Shown here one piece after another: positions 1-6,432 of a stretch of 40,721 nt of DNA; within the stretch, counting starts at the first letter, position 1; each line of letters opens with the position of its first letter. A program made the translations under genes and the position numbers. The stretch is from a virus. Under the pieces are notes generated by a model, which saw only the letters and a program-made list of their open reading frames with translations, was not told the DNA's origin and made no database searches. The stretch lies in IMG/VR virus record IMGVR_UViG_3300045988_023556, positions 1 through 40,721 of that record; one strand, 5' to 3'.

Positions 1-55
1 CCCTCCCGGAAAGGCTGAAAGACGAGAAATTCAGGAATCATCTGACGAACCAGCA
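1..55. repeat. Terminal direct repeat, copy 1 (identical to 40667-40721)
   Basis: Exact 55-nt match read directly. It lies inside a CDS, so it is a circular closure or terminal redundancy, not an att site. Confidence 0.95.
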
Positions 56-632
56 GCTTTCTGACGTGTCCGGCGTTCCCATCGCCACCACAAGCCGGAT
101 TCTTTCCGGTGCCGTATCGAACCCCGGCTTTTTCCATATCGCCGCGCTGTGCGCCGCTATGGACGTGTCAATGGATTCCGTTGCAGGTGTTCACCCAAGC
201 GGAGATCAGGCGGAAATAGACCAGCTCCGGCAGGAGATAGCATACAAGGACAAGATAATTGCCGAGAAGGACGCGGCGATAGACCGCCTACTGGACAGGA
301 GCCGCATTATGGAGGCTGGTGTCGCGGCCAGAGATGACCGCATCAGAAAGCAAAATGCAGAAATAAAGAATGTCCGCAGCTCATACAAAATCCTTGTGTG
401 CGGGCTATGCGGCGTTTGCATTACGCTGACATTTGTGTGGGCAATCTATGTGATTCTGGATGGCCGGGTGCCAGACCAGGGGCTGATACGTTCTGACGAT
501 GTTTCTCCGGTCGTGTGGGTAGGTGCGGCGGCTGTTATTGTACTTCTGTTCGGCCTTCTGCACTTCACTGTAAGCAAATTATCCAAAAAGAGGGATACGC
601 TATGGGAAGAAAGAAAAAAGAGCCGGGGGTAA
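1..632 (+). CDS. Membrane-anchored XRE-family HTH protein, continuation (non-redundant part 56-632)
   Basis: HTH motif QQLSDVSGVPIATTSRILSG, a coiled-coil stretch (DQLRQEIAYKDKIIAEKDAAIDRLL), and two hydrophobic helices (ILVCGLCGVCITLTFVWAIYVIL; VVWVGAAAVIVLLFGLLHFTV). Confidence 0.8.
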   Translation, partial: LPERLKDEKFRNHLTNQQLSDVSGVPIATTSRILSGAVSNPGFFHIAALCAAMDVSMDSVAGVHPSGDQAEIDQLRQEIAYKDKIIAEKDAAIDRLLDRSRIMEAGVAARDDRIRKQNAEIKNVRSSYKILVCGLCGVCITLTFVWAIYVILDGRVPDQGLIRSDDVSPVVWVGAAAVIVLLFGLLHFTVSKLSKKRDTLWEERKKSRG

Positions 633-1669
633 AACTCCCGGCTATTAAACAACTCCCGTCAGGGTCGTGGCGAACAAGAATCTATATTGACGGCCGCACA
701 GTCTCCATAACGAAGGACACTTACGACGAATGCGCGGCGGAATACCTCGCCATGAAGCACGGGGTCATTGAAGCGAAAGCCGCCCCCATGAAGCACGGGG
801 TGCCGCTGGGGGACGCTCTCGACAAATACATTTCGACCCGGAAGGGGTTCAAGTCACCGTCAACGATTTATGCGTATGAATCCTACCGCAAGCAGCGCTT
901 CCAAGGCATGATGGTGGCTGACGTGTACACCACCACGGACGAACAGTGGCAAGCCGCCATCCGCAGGGAAGCAAAATCGTTGTCCCCGAAATATATTAAA
1001 AATGTGTGGATGCTGATCTCCGCAGCGATATTCGAGGAAACCGGACGCAGGCCGCGGGTGACCCTGCCGGAAAAGGAACACAACGAAAAGCCGTACCTTG
1101 ATCCGGATCAGATACCGGTGTTCCTGCAAGCCATAAAAGGGGAATCGATAGAAATCGCTGCCCTGCTGGAATTATCCAGCTTGCGCAGGTCTGAGATGCT
1201 GGCTCTGACGTGGGACAAGGTCGATTTCAAGAACGAAATAATATATGTCCACGGGGCAAGAGTTGCCGGGGACGGCGGCAAGCTGGTTCACAAGAAGCAG
1301 AATAAAAACGATTCTTCCCGGCGCACGGTGCCGATTATTGAGCCGCTGATGGAAGCACTAAAGGCAGTTGATAACAAAGAAGGCTATGTCGTCAACCTGA
1401 CCGGCGGGTGGATATGCACAAGGATAAACGAGATTTGTTCCGACAACGGCCTGCCGAAAGTCGGGAACCACGGATTGCGGCACAGCTTCGCGTCTCTGGC
1501 TTATCACCTCCAGATACCGGAAAAGATAGCAATGGAAATTGGCGGGTGGGCAGATGACGGGACAATGCACAAAATATATACACATCTGGCGCAGAAAGAC
1601 ATTGCAAAACGGGCGCAGGATTTCCGAAACTTCTTTGTGTCAAATGCGGATAAAAAAGCGCAAATTTGA
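602..1669 (+). CDS. int: Tyrosine integrase (phage integrase family with N-terminal arm-binding domain)
   Basis: MGRKKKEPG start with a GAGGGA RBS region. Catalytic motifs LRRSEMLAL, HGLRHSFASLAY and GGW..H.IYTH. Overlaps the upstream CDS by 31 nt. Confidence 0.95.
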   Translation: MGRKKKEPGVKLPAIKQLPSGSWRTRIYIDGRTVSITKDTYDECAAEYLAMKHGVIEAKAAPMKHGVPLGDALDKYISTRKGFKSPSTIYAYESYRKQRFQGMMVADVYTTTDEQWQAAIRREAKSLSPKYIKNVWMLISAAIFEETGRRPRVTLPEKEHNEKPYLDPDQIPVFLQAIKGESIEIAALLELSSLRRSEMLALTWDKVDFKNEIIYVHGARVAGDGGKLVHKKQNKNDSSRRTVPIIEPLMEALKAVDNKEGYVVNLTGGWICTRINEICSDNGLPKVGNHGLRHSFASLAYHLQIPEKIAMEIGGWADDGTMHKIYTHLAQKDIAKRAQDFRNFFVSNADKKAQI

Positions 1670-1684
1670 CACGCCATTTGACAC
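1637..1684. repeat. Putative integrase arm-type sites (P arm): TTTGACAC octamers, one inverted (1637-1644) and two direct (1665-1672, 1677-1684)
   Basis: Read directly. The 23-mer AAATTTGACACGCCATTTGACAC (1662-1684) recurs exactly at 1902-1924. Confidence 0.6.
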
Positions 1685-1731
1685 AGATTTTGAAAAATCG
1701 TTGTATACCAACGCTTTTTGGCGGTTTAATC

Positions 1732-1759
1732 GCGGGTTCGATTCCCGTACGGGTCACCA
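1732..1759 (+). other. attP core candidate: 3' fragment of a tRNA gene (T-arm, acceptor 3' strand, discriminator, CCA)
   Basis: GCGGG-TTCGATT-CCCGT-ACGGGTC-A-CCA. No matching 5' acceptor strand, D arm or anticodon arm lies upstream, so this is a fragment only. Confidence 0.7.
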
Positions 1760-1766
1760 TGCCAAG

Positions 1767-1808
1767 AACAGCTCCGGAAACATATTCCGGGGCTGTTTTC
1801 TTGCTTTA
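1767..1808 (+). terminator. Intrinsic terminator just after the tRNA fragment (also ends the int transcript)
   Basis: Stem AACAGCtCCGGAA / TTCCGGgGCTGTT followed by TTCTTGCTTT. Confidence 0.65.
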
Positions 1809-1901
1809 TTACATTTTCACGGTGAAATATAAACATTTATGCCTAGAAAATATTTGTACGTTCGAGTTATTTCTTGCCACTTCCAAGCGTTTATTCGCGC
1901 C

Positions 1902-1924
1902 AAATTTGACACGCCATTTGACAC
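1902..1924. repeat. Putative integrase arm-type sites (P' arm): exact copy of 1662-1684 with two TTTGACAC octamers
   Basis: Exact 23-nt direct repeat, 240 bp from the first copy, on the other side of the tRNA-like core. Confidence 0.6.
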
Positions 1925-1938
1925 GAAATCTGCCACGC

Positions 1939-2247
1939 TTACCGCTTATACAGCCCCTGCACCACTCCGACGTTCTCCGCCCGTTCAATATCCCGCTTGT
2001 GCAGGTACTCATAGACGGCCATCATGGCCGCAGGCGGTTCGCCCTTCTGCTTGCGGTATTCCTCAATATGGGAAACGACGGCCTTGTGCAGGGCGTTCAT
2101 GTGGTTCATTTCCTCCCCGCTCAGCCTGTAAAACAGGTCTGCCAGCTCCGGGTCGTCGTGCTTGTATTCCACGGCCAGCTCTGCGTAGGTGTGCGCGTCC
2201 TCCAGCTCGTCCTCAATGTGCTCCATCAGCAGTTTGATTTCTTTCAT
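1939..2247 (-). CDS. Hypothetical all-helical protein with two E-x-x-H motifs (ferritin-like?), cargo gene 3
   Basis: AGGAGG RBS before the ATG. Motifs ELEDAH and EEMNH. Last gene before attP. Confidence 0.6.
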   Translation of the reverse strand: MKEIKLLMEHIEDELEDAHTYAELAVEYKHDDPELADLFYRLSGEEMNHMNALHKAVVSHIEEYRKQKGEPPAAMMAVYEYLHKRDIERAENVGVVQGLYKR

Positions 2248-2250
2248 GGC

Positions 2251-2583
2251 TTACGCCTCCTTTATGTATCTCAGAAGCTTGTCAACCTCTGCCCGGTCAA
2301 AGGACAGCTTGCCGACAAACGGGATGTCAAATTCCAGCGGTTTCCGAATCTGCGGGGCAAATGCGTTGTAAAGCGCGTCCTCGTCGATGTTTCCGTCCTC
2401 CAACACGCTCAGCATTTTGACGGCGGGAATGCTTTCCAGCTTTTCAAAAATCTGCGGCGTTCTCTTGGCATACAGGGCTACCACCCCGGCGACAACGACG
2501 GCTTTCATTTCCGGAAAGTGGGGGAGAACCTCCTGCTCCACATACCGAAGCGCCCCGTTTACAAAACGTTCTTTCGAAACCAT
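2251..2583 (-). CDS. Hypothetical protein, cargo gene 2 (110 aa)
   Basis: ATG at 2583 (MVSKERF) preceded by GGAGG. Tightly packed with the next gene. Confidence 0.6.
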   Translation of the reverse strand: MVSKERFVNGALRYVEQEVLPHFPEMKAVVVAGVVALYAKRTPQIFEKLESIPAVKMLSVLEDGNIDEDALYNAFAPQIRKPLEFDIPFVGKLSFDRAEVDKLLRYIKEA

Positions 2584-2603
2584 AGTTACCTCCAATTATT
2601 GCA

Positions 2604-2623
2604 GGGGCGGCAATTGCCGCCCC
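2604..2623. promoter_or_regulatory. Perfect 20-nt GC palindrome (GGGGCGGCAATTGCCGCCCC) between cargo genes 1 and 2
   Basis: Read directly. Forms a 9-bp GC hairpin on either strand. No clear U-tract on the minus strand. Confidence 0.5.
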
Positions 2624-2630
2624 CTTTGGG

Positions 2631-3083
2631 TTAGCCAGCAGCGGCAGCAGTGGGCGCAGTCCAGCTGTTCTTGGCGGGCATGGGTTCAGGGCACACATTC
2701 CCAATGGGAATCACGGTCTTGGTCAGCCCGGACAGCGTGTTCAGGGTGTTCTGCATACAGCTGAGGTTTGCAGTGATCTGGGCATTGACAACCGCCTGAG
2801 CGGAAATCTGCCCCTCAACGCCACGCAGACGGCCATCCAGATACTGGTACATGTCCAGTATCTTCTGGTCGGTATAGGTGTTGGCGTCTCGCAGCTTGAT
2901 ATCGGACTTGAGCGCCGCGATCTCAGCCGCCTGTCCTGCTTCATACCGGTTCACAACGTGGTCACCCTCGGAGCAGTTGCCGCCGAAAATGCCACCGTTC
3001 GCCATGCCCAGCAGGGTGGAAATGCCGCCGATGTAGCCGCCGATACCGCCCACGCGGTCAGCAGCAGTGAAATTTAGAGACAT
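2631..3083 (-). CDS. Hypothetical protein with glycine-zipper-like N-terminus and coiled-coil body, cargo gene 1 (150 aa)
   Basis: ATG at 3083 (MSLNF) with AGGAGG 8 nt upstream. GGIGGYIGGISTLLGMANGGIFGG, then a heptad-like region and an Ala-rich C-terminus. Confidence 0.65.
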   Translation of the reverse strand: MSLNFTAADRVGGIGGYIGGISTLLGMANGGIFGGNCSEGDHVVNRYEAGQAAEIAALKSDIKLRDANTYTDQKILDMYQYLDGRLRGVEGQISAQAVVNAQITANLSCMQNTLNTLSGLTKTVIPIGNVCPEPMPAKNSWTAPTAAAAG

Positions 3084-3136
3084 ATAGAAGTCCTCCTTCA
3101 AAATATTAGGAGGTGGCCACCTTCTACCTATAGAAT

Positions 3137-3179
3137 AACAAAAATCCCGACGGTAGAATCATCATCTACTCGTCGGGAT
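3137..3179 (-). terminator. Intrinsic terminator ending the lysis operon
   Basis: Minus strand: ATCCCGACGaGTAGA-7 nt-TCTACCGTCGGGAT followed by TTTTTG. Confidence 0.8.
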
Positions 3180-3215
3180 TTCGTCAACAAATCGTCAATA
3201 AATCGTCACGCAGAA

Positions 3216-3452
3216 TCAGAATTTCAGATTTTCAGGGAGCTTGTCACTGTACTTTCTGCACAATTCATATTCTATCCGCAACTTTTTAACCGTTCTTGTG
3301 ATAGTGGCTTGGGACACGCAAAACTTGTGGCACTGTTTTGTCTGGCTCCATCCGGCGGCTCGGGTGCGGATGATCTTTTCCTCCAGCGGCGTGAGAATCG
3401 CCAGAGAACAGAACTCATCCAAAATTACCCGATTCCACGGGACTTTATCCAC
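3216..3452 (-). CDS. Small sigma-70 region-4/LuxR-like HTH protein
   Basis: LTPLEEKIIRTRAAGWSQTKQCHKFCVSQATITRTVKKL. GTG start 9 nt after the holin stop. The distal AGGAGG is about 13 nt away, so the start is uncertain. Confidence 0.6.
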   Translation of the reverse strand: MDKVPWNRVILDEFCSLAILTPLEEKIIRTRAAGWSQTKQCHKFCVSQATITRTVKKLRIEYELCRKYSDKLPENLKF

Positions 3453-3460
3453 TTATCACA

Positions 3461-3718
3461 TCAGTCCTCCTTTGGGGAACTGTAGGTTCTTGCCAGTTTG
3501 CTGTCAGCGATACCGGCGGTGGTAGGATCATTGACCACGCCCAGAATCACCAGCAGGGCAAACACGGCGTTCACCACGGCCAGCAACTTGTCGCCGATTT
3601 CGCCCAAGTCCAGCGTAAAGCCGAACAGGGCGGCTACCGTCTGCACCAGCAGAAGCAGCGCGGGAATCGCGGCCAGCCAGAAGTTCTTGTTTTTGATGCG
3701 TACAATCCAGTTAATCAT
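3461..3718 (-). CDS. Holin (phiLC3/LL-H-like family)
   Basis: MINWIVRIKNKNFWLAAIPALLLLVQ...VNAVFALLVILGVVNDPTTAGIADS. AAGGAGGA RBS. Sits in the lysis-cassette position. Confidence 0.8.
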   Translation of the reverse strand: MINWIVRIKNKNFWLAAIPALLLLVQTVAALFGFTLDLGEIGDKLLAVVNAVFALLVILGVVNDPTTAGIADSKLARTYSSPKED

Positions 3719-3731
3719 TTTGTTTTCCTCC

Positions 3732-4031
3732 TTAATTATGCAACGGTATTTTGCGCACTTCCTCCATAACTCTTTTTGCAGAGCCATTCCCGCCAGCGGC
3801 GGCGTATGGTTCGTATAAGTAGTCATTGAGGTTTTCATATTCGTCTTTGGTGATGTATCCACGTTCGATGTACTTCATCCCCAGGTAAATGATACGGTCG
3901 TGGGCCATTCCCACCAGCAGCCGGGTGTTCGCATCGTTCTTCTTCCGGCGGGCCTCCAAGAATCCCCAGAAGCCCGCCGAACCCACGAACGCCAGCAGAA
4001 TGGTAATAGCGGTTTTGATCCATTCGCTCAA
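3732..4031 (-). CDS. Lysis-cassette membrane protein with one N-terminal TM helix (possible holin/antiholin partner)
   Basis: TTG start with AGGAGG 7 nt upstream. TM segment IKTAITILLAFVGSAGFWGFL. Motif GYITKDEYENL...GGNG. Confidence 0.6.
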   Translation of the reverse strand: MSEWIKTAITILLAFVGSAGFWGFLEARRKKNDANTRLLVGMAHDRIIYLGMKYIERGYITKDEYENLNDYLYEPYAAAGGNGSAKRVMEEVRKIPLHN

Positions 4032-4050
4032 ATGGTTGTCCTCCTGTTTC

Positions 4051-4665
4051 TCAGCCGTTCCACCGGCTGTACTTCCCGTTGTCCTCGTGAATCCCCCATC
4101 CGTACAGCCCCAGACCGCCCCGCCCGGGGATTTTCTCGGCCTGCACCTCCTGGGCTATGGCATACAGCTTCTCCGGGGAGATAGCCCCCGAGAGGTCTAC
4201 GGCCTGTCCCGTGGTGTGCAGGGAGTTGGATACCCCACCCACCTCGGCGTTGTGCTGCTTGCACCGAACACCGGAATTCACATTCAGGGGAACCCCAGCC
4301 CGACGGCGTATCTCATCCGCCATGCGGACGGTTTCCTCTGCGGGTTCTGCTGGGAAGCCGTTGCAGTATTTCCCGCCGCACTGGCACCGGAATTCCTCCC
4401 GGGTGAAATACCGGATATCATCCCAGAACGTCCCGGTCTTTGGCGCGTCGCTGCTCTCCGGCTTCTCCACCTTTACCGCCGTCCCGGCGATAGCACCGAT
4501 GAGCATTTTTTGGGTAGCCGCACCCGGTATCCCGTCCACGGCAAGCCCGTAGTCTGCCTGAAACGCCCGGACAGCCCCTTGGGTGTTCCTGCCCTCAACG
4601 CCGTCAATCGAGCCGGGAGAATAGCCCAGATAGGCGAGCAAGCACTGAATTTGCTTTACCGTCAT
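4051..4665 (-). CDS. Endolysin: peptidoglycan-binding domain plus peptidase M15-type (zinc D-Ala-D-Ala carboxypeptidase-like) domain
   Basis: LGYSPGSIDGVEGRNTQGAVRAFQADYGL (PG_binding_1-like). C-terminal SGVRC..HN..VGGVSNSLH..G.AVD. ATGA overlap with the upstream gene. Confidence 0.88.
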   Translation of the reverse strand: MTVKQIQCLLAYLGYSPGSIDGVEGRNTQGAVRAFQADYGLAVDGIPGAATQKMLIGAIAGTAVKVEKPESSDAPKTGTFWDDIRYFTREEFRCQCGGKYCNGFPAEPAEETVRMADEIRRRAGVPLNVNSGVRCKQHNAEVGGVSNSLHTTGQAVDLSGAISPEKLYAIAQEVQAEKIPGRGGLGLYGWGIHEDNGKYSRWNG

Positions 4666-5111
4666 ACGTTCACCTCTTCCCAGCCCTGAGGGTATGCGGA
4701 CGGCGACCATACATTATTGTCCAACGTGGAGCGGTACACTTTACTGCCCTCCGTGCAGCAGTCGCCCTTATTGTAGGGGCTGGTAGACATGGCAACGAAC
4801 GGCAACGCTTTCGCTGGGTCTGTGCTCCAAGCAAACCCCCACTGTGCAGGAAGTTCCTCCGGCTCCTTGGTGTAGATAGTACTGTCATAGGGCTGCACCA
4901 GCCGCACCACACGGCCAGCAGATGATTGGCACACAAACCCGGCCTTGCGCTCCAGCATGTTTTTGTTTGCGACAGCGGCCTTAAAACTGGGAATGTCGCT
5001 ATCCGCCGCGTTCAGTTCGGTGCCTGTCATGTCAGGGGCTTTCTCCTGCAAGGCAAGCGCGTTCGCCCGCCCCTGGGCATACATGATGCTTTTTCTTTCC
5101 TCTTGCGTCAC
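4662..5111 (-). CDS. Hypothetical protein, possible C-terminal carbohydrate-binding motif
   Basis: GTG start overlapping the upstream stop (GTGA); an ATG 9 codons in is an alternative start. C-terminus GSKVYRSTLDNNVWSPSAYPQGWEEV resembles CBM5/12-type motifs. Confidence 0.5.
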   Translation of the reverse strand: MTQEERKSIMYAQGRANALALQEKAPDMTGTELNAADSDIPSFKAAVANKNMLERKAGFVCQSSAGRVVRLVQPYDSTIYTKEPEELPAQWGFAWSTDPAKALPFVAMSTSPYNKGDCCTEGSKVYRSTLDNNVWSPSAYPQGWEEVNV

Positions 5112-5230
5112 AGACTGTCAACCCCTTTCTTGTAGGCTTCATCCAGCTCTTTCAGCTGTTCCTCTCCGCCGCTGGCTTTCATTTCCGCGATTTTAGCAAG
5201 GATGGCGTTTTTGCGTTCTTCGATGGTCAT
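5108..5230 (-). CDS. Small hypothetical protein (40 aa, MTIEERKNAILAKIAEMKASGGEEQLKELDEAYKKGVDSL)
   Basis: Not in the ORF track (<60 aa). GGGGGTGA RBS, and ATGA overlap with the upstream stop. Confidence 0.5.
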   Translation of the reverse strand: MTIEERKNAILAKIAEMKASGGEEQLKELDEAYKKGVDSL

Positions 5231-5550
5231 GCGTTCACCCCCAGAGCAGTTTCGATCTCGGATAATGCGGCTTCGTATTCGGTATTCTGAGCAGCAACTG
5301 TTTGGTATTGCTCACGCTCATACTCCCGCTGAGCGGCGTCCAGCTCCGCCCACGGCTTCCACGGGGCGATCATCTCACCGGTGAACACCACGCCATCAGC
5401 ACGTGTCCACGTCTGCCCTGCCGGGATGAAGCGGTAGCCCTCGATGTAGGCGTCGCACTTACCGTCGAATGCGTCTGTTTCTACCTGTGTCCGCCCTTCT
5501 CCAGAGGTGACGTAGCACTTAAATTCTGAGCCAATATAAATTGTTTTCAA
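5227..5550 (-). CDS. Hypothetical tail-fibre-associated protein (107 aa)
   Basis: TTG start with GGGGGTG 6 nt upstream. Lies between the fibre genes and the lysis cassette. Confidence 0.6.
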   Translation of the reverse strand: MKTIYIGSEFKCYVTSGEGRTQVETDAFDGKCDAYIEGYRFIPAGQTWTRADGVVFTGEMIAPWKPWAELDAAQREYEREQYQTVAAQNTEYEAALSEIETALGVNA

Positions 5551-5562
5551 GCGTTACACCCC

Positions 5563-6432
5563 CTACTGCATAGAGACTTCGTAGACGTACCGGCTGCCGC
5601 CTTTTTCAGAGTACGAATAGAGCCGGATGAAGTGGCTACCGGTGATGTTGGATATATCGAGGCTTACTTCATCCGAGGCGGTATTGAGTTCTGCTTTTGC
5701 CACCGGTTTACTTGCTGCGATGGAATCCTCAATAATCAAGGAAAGACTTACGTTATGAACATTTGCGTCGGTCTTAACGGATATGGTGCTGTAATCAGTC
5801 ATATCAACCTTGCTTTTCGTCCATACACTGGCTGTTTTTCCAGCTGCGGCATAGAGCTGGAACGCTTGCTTTTCAGCGTTAACCGTCCCATTCCACCCGC
5901 CGGTCAGCGAATCGTAAGTTTCACCGTCCTTGAACAGATAAGTGATATACTGCAGCGTGACACTCTCGGTCTGGCCGTCAGTGGTTATCACGACATCGGC
6001 ACTTTTTGACTTATCCCCATCGGTGGAACTCACCGTCCACGTTCCAGCATTATAGACTATGCATGTCCACGAACCACTGGTGTTTGGAGCAGTAAGAGTT
6101 GTGGTTCCATCACTGCACGTACAAGTTGATCCCGCAGGATAAGTGACGTTGATTGTAGCTGAGAAATACGTTATTGTGACATACTCTACAGTCAAACGAG
6201 TAATGTCGACGTCTTGGGTTGCGATACTGTTGCCCTTTGTAGCAGTAACAGTCCATGTACCAATGTCCAGACCGCTGAACGTCCACGTACCATTTTTTTC
6301 GGAAGCTGTTTTCGTGGTTGACCCCATTTTACAGGTTACGGTAGAGCCTGTAGGAGCTGTTACAATAATGATGGATTTGTTGGGGCTTCCGCCACTGCCT
6401 CCAAATCCATATAAAGGCACTGCTAAACTCAT
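5563..6432 (-). CDS. Distal tail fibre / receptor-binding protein with two Ig-like repeats and a C-terminal beta-rich domain
   Basis: Internal duplication: PTGSTVTCKMGSTT...GTWTVTATKG versus PAGSTCTCSDGTTT...GTWTVSSTDG. Overlaps the upstream fibre gene by 4 nt. Confidence 0.7.
   Translation of the reverse strand: MSLAVPLYGFGGSGGSPNKSIIIVTAPTGSTVTCKMGSTTKTASEKNGTWTFSGLDIGTWTVTATKGNSIATQDVDITRLTVEYVTITYFSATINVTYPAGSTCTCSDGTTTLTAPNTSGSWTCIVYNAGTWTVSSTDGDKSKSADVVITTDGQTESVTLQYITYLFKDGETYDSLTGGWNGTVNAEKQAFQLYAAAGKTASVWTKSKVDMTDYSTISVKTDANVHNVSLSLIIEDSIAASKPVAKAELNTASDEVSLDISNITGSHFIRLYSYSEKGGSRYVYEVSMQ

Noticed and set aside
1-55. Terminal repeats as attL/attR of an integrated prophage
   Set aside because: The repeat lies within a continuous CDS, and the tRNA-type att core with arm sites is internal, next to int. 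No host genes are present at either end.
1685-1759. Complete tRNA gene next to the integrase
   Set aside because: Only the T-arm, 3' acceptor strand and CCA are present. No complementary 5' acceptor strand, D arm or anticodon stem could be folded from the upstream 45 nt.
1666-2634. 322-aa plus-strand ORF spanning attP and the cargo cassette
   Set aside because: It runs through the tRNA fragment, the terminator and the arm repeats, and is antisense to two RBS-supported minus-strand genes. The translation is Leu/Arg/Val-rich and looks non-protein-like.
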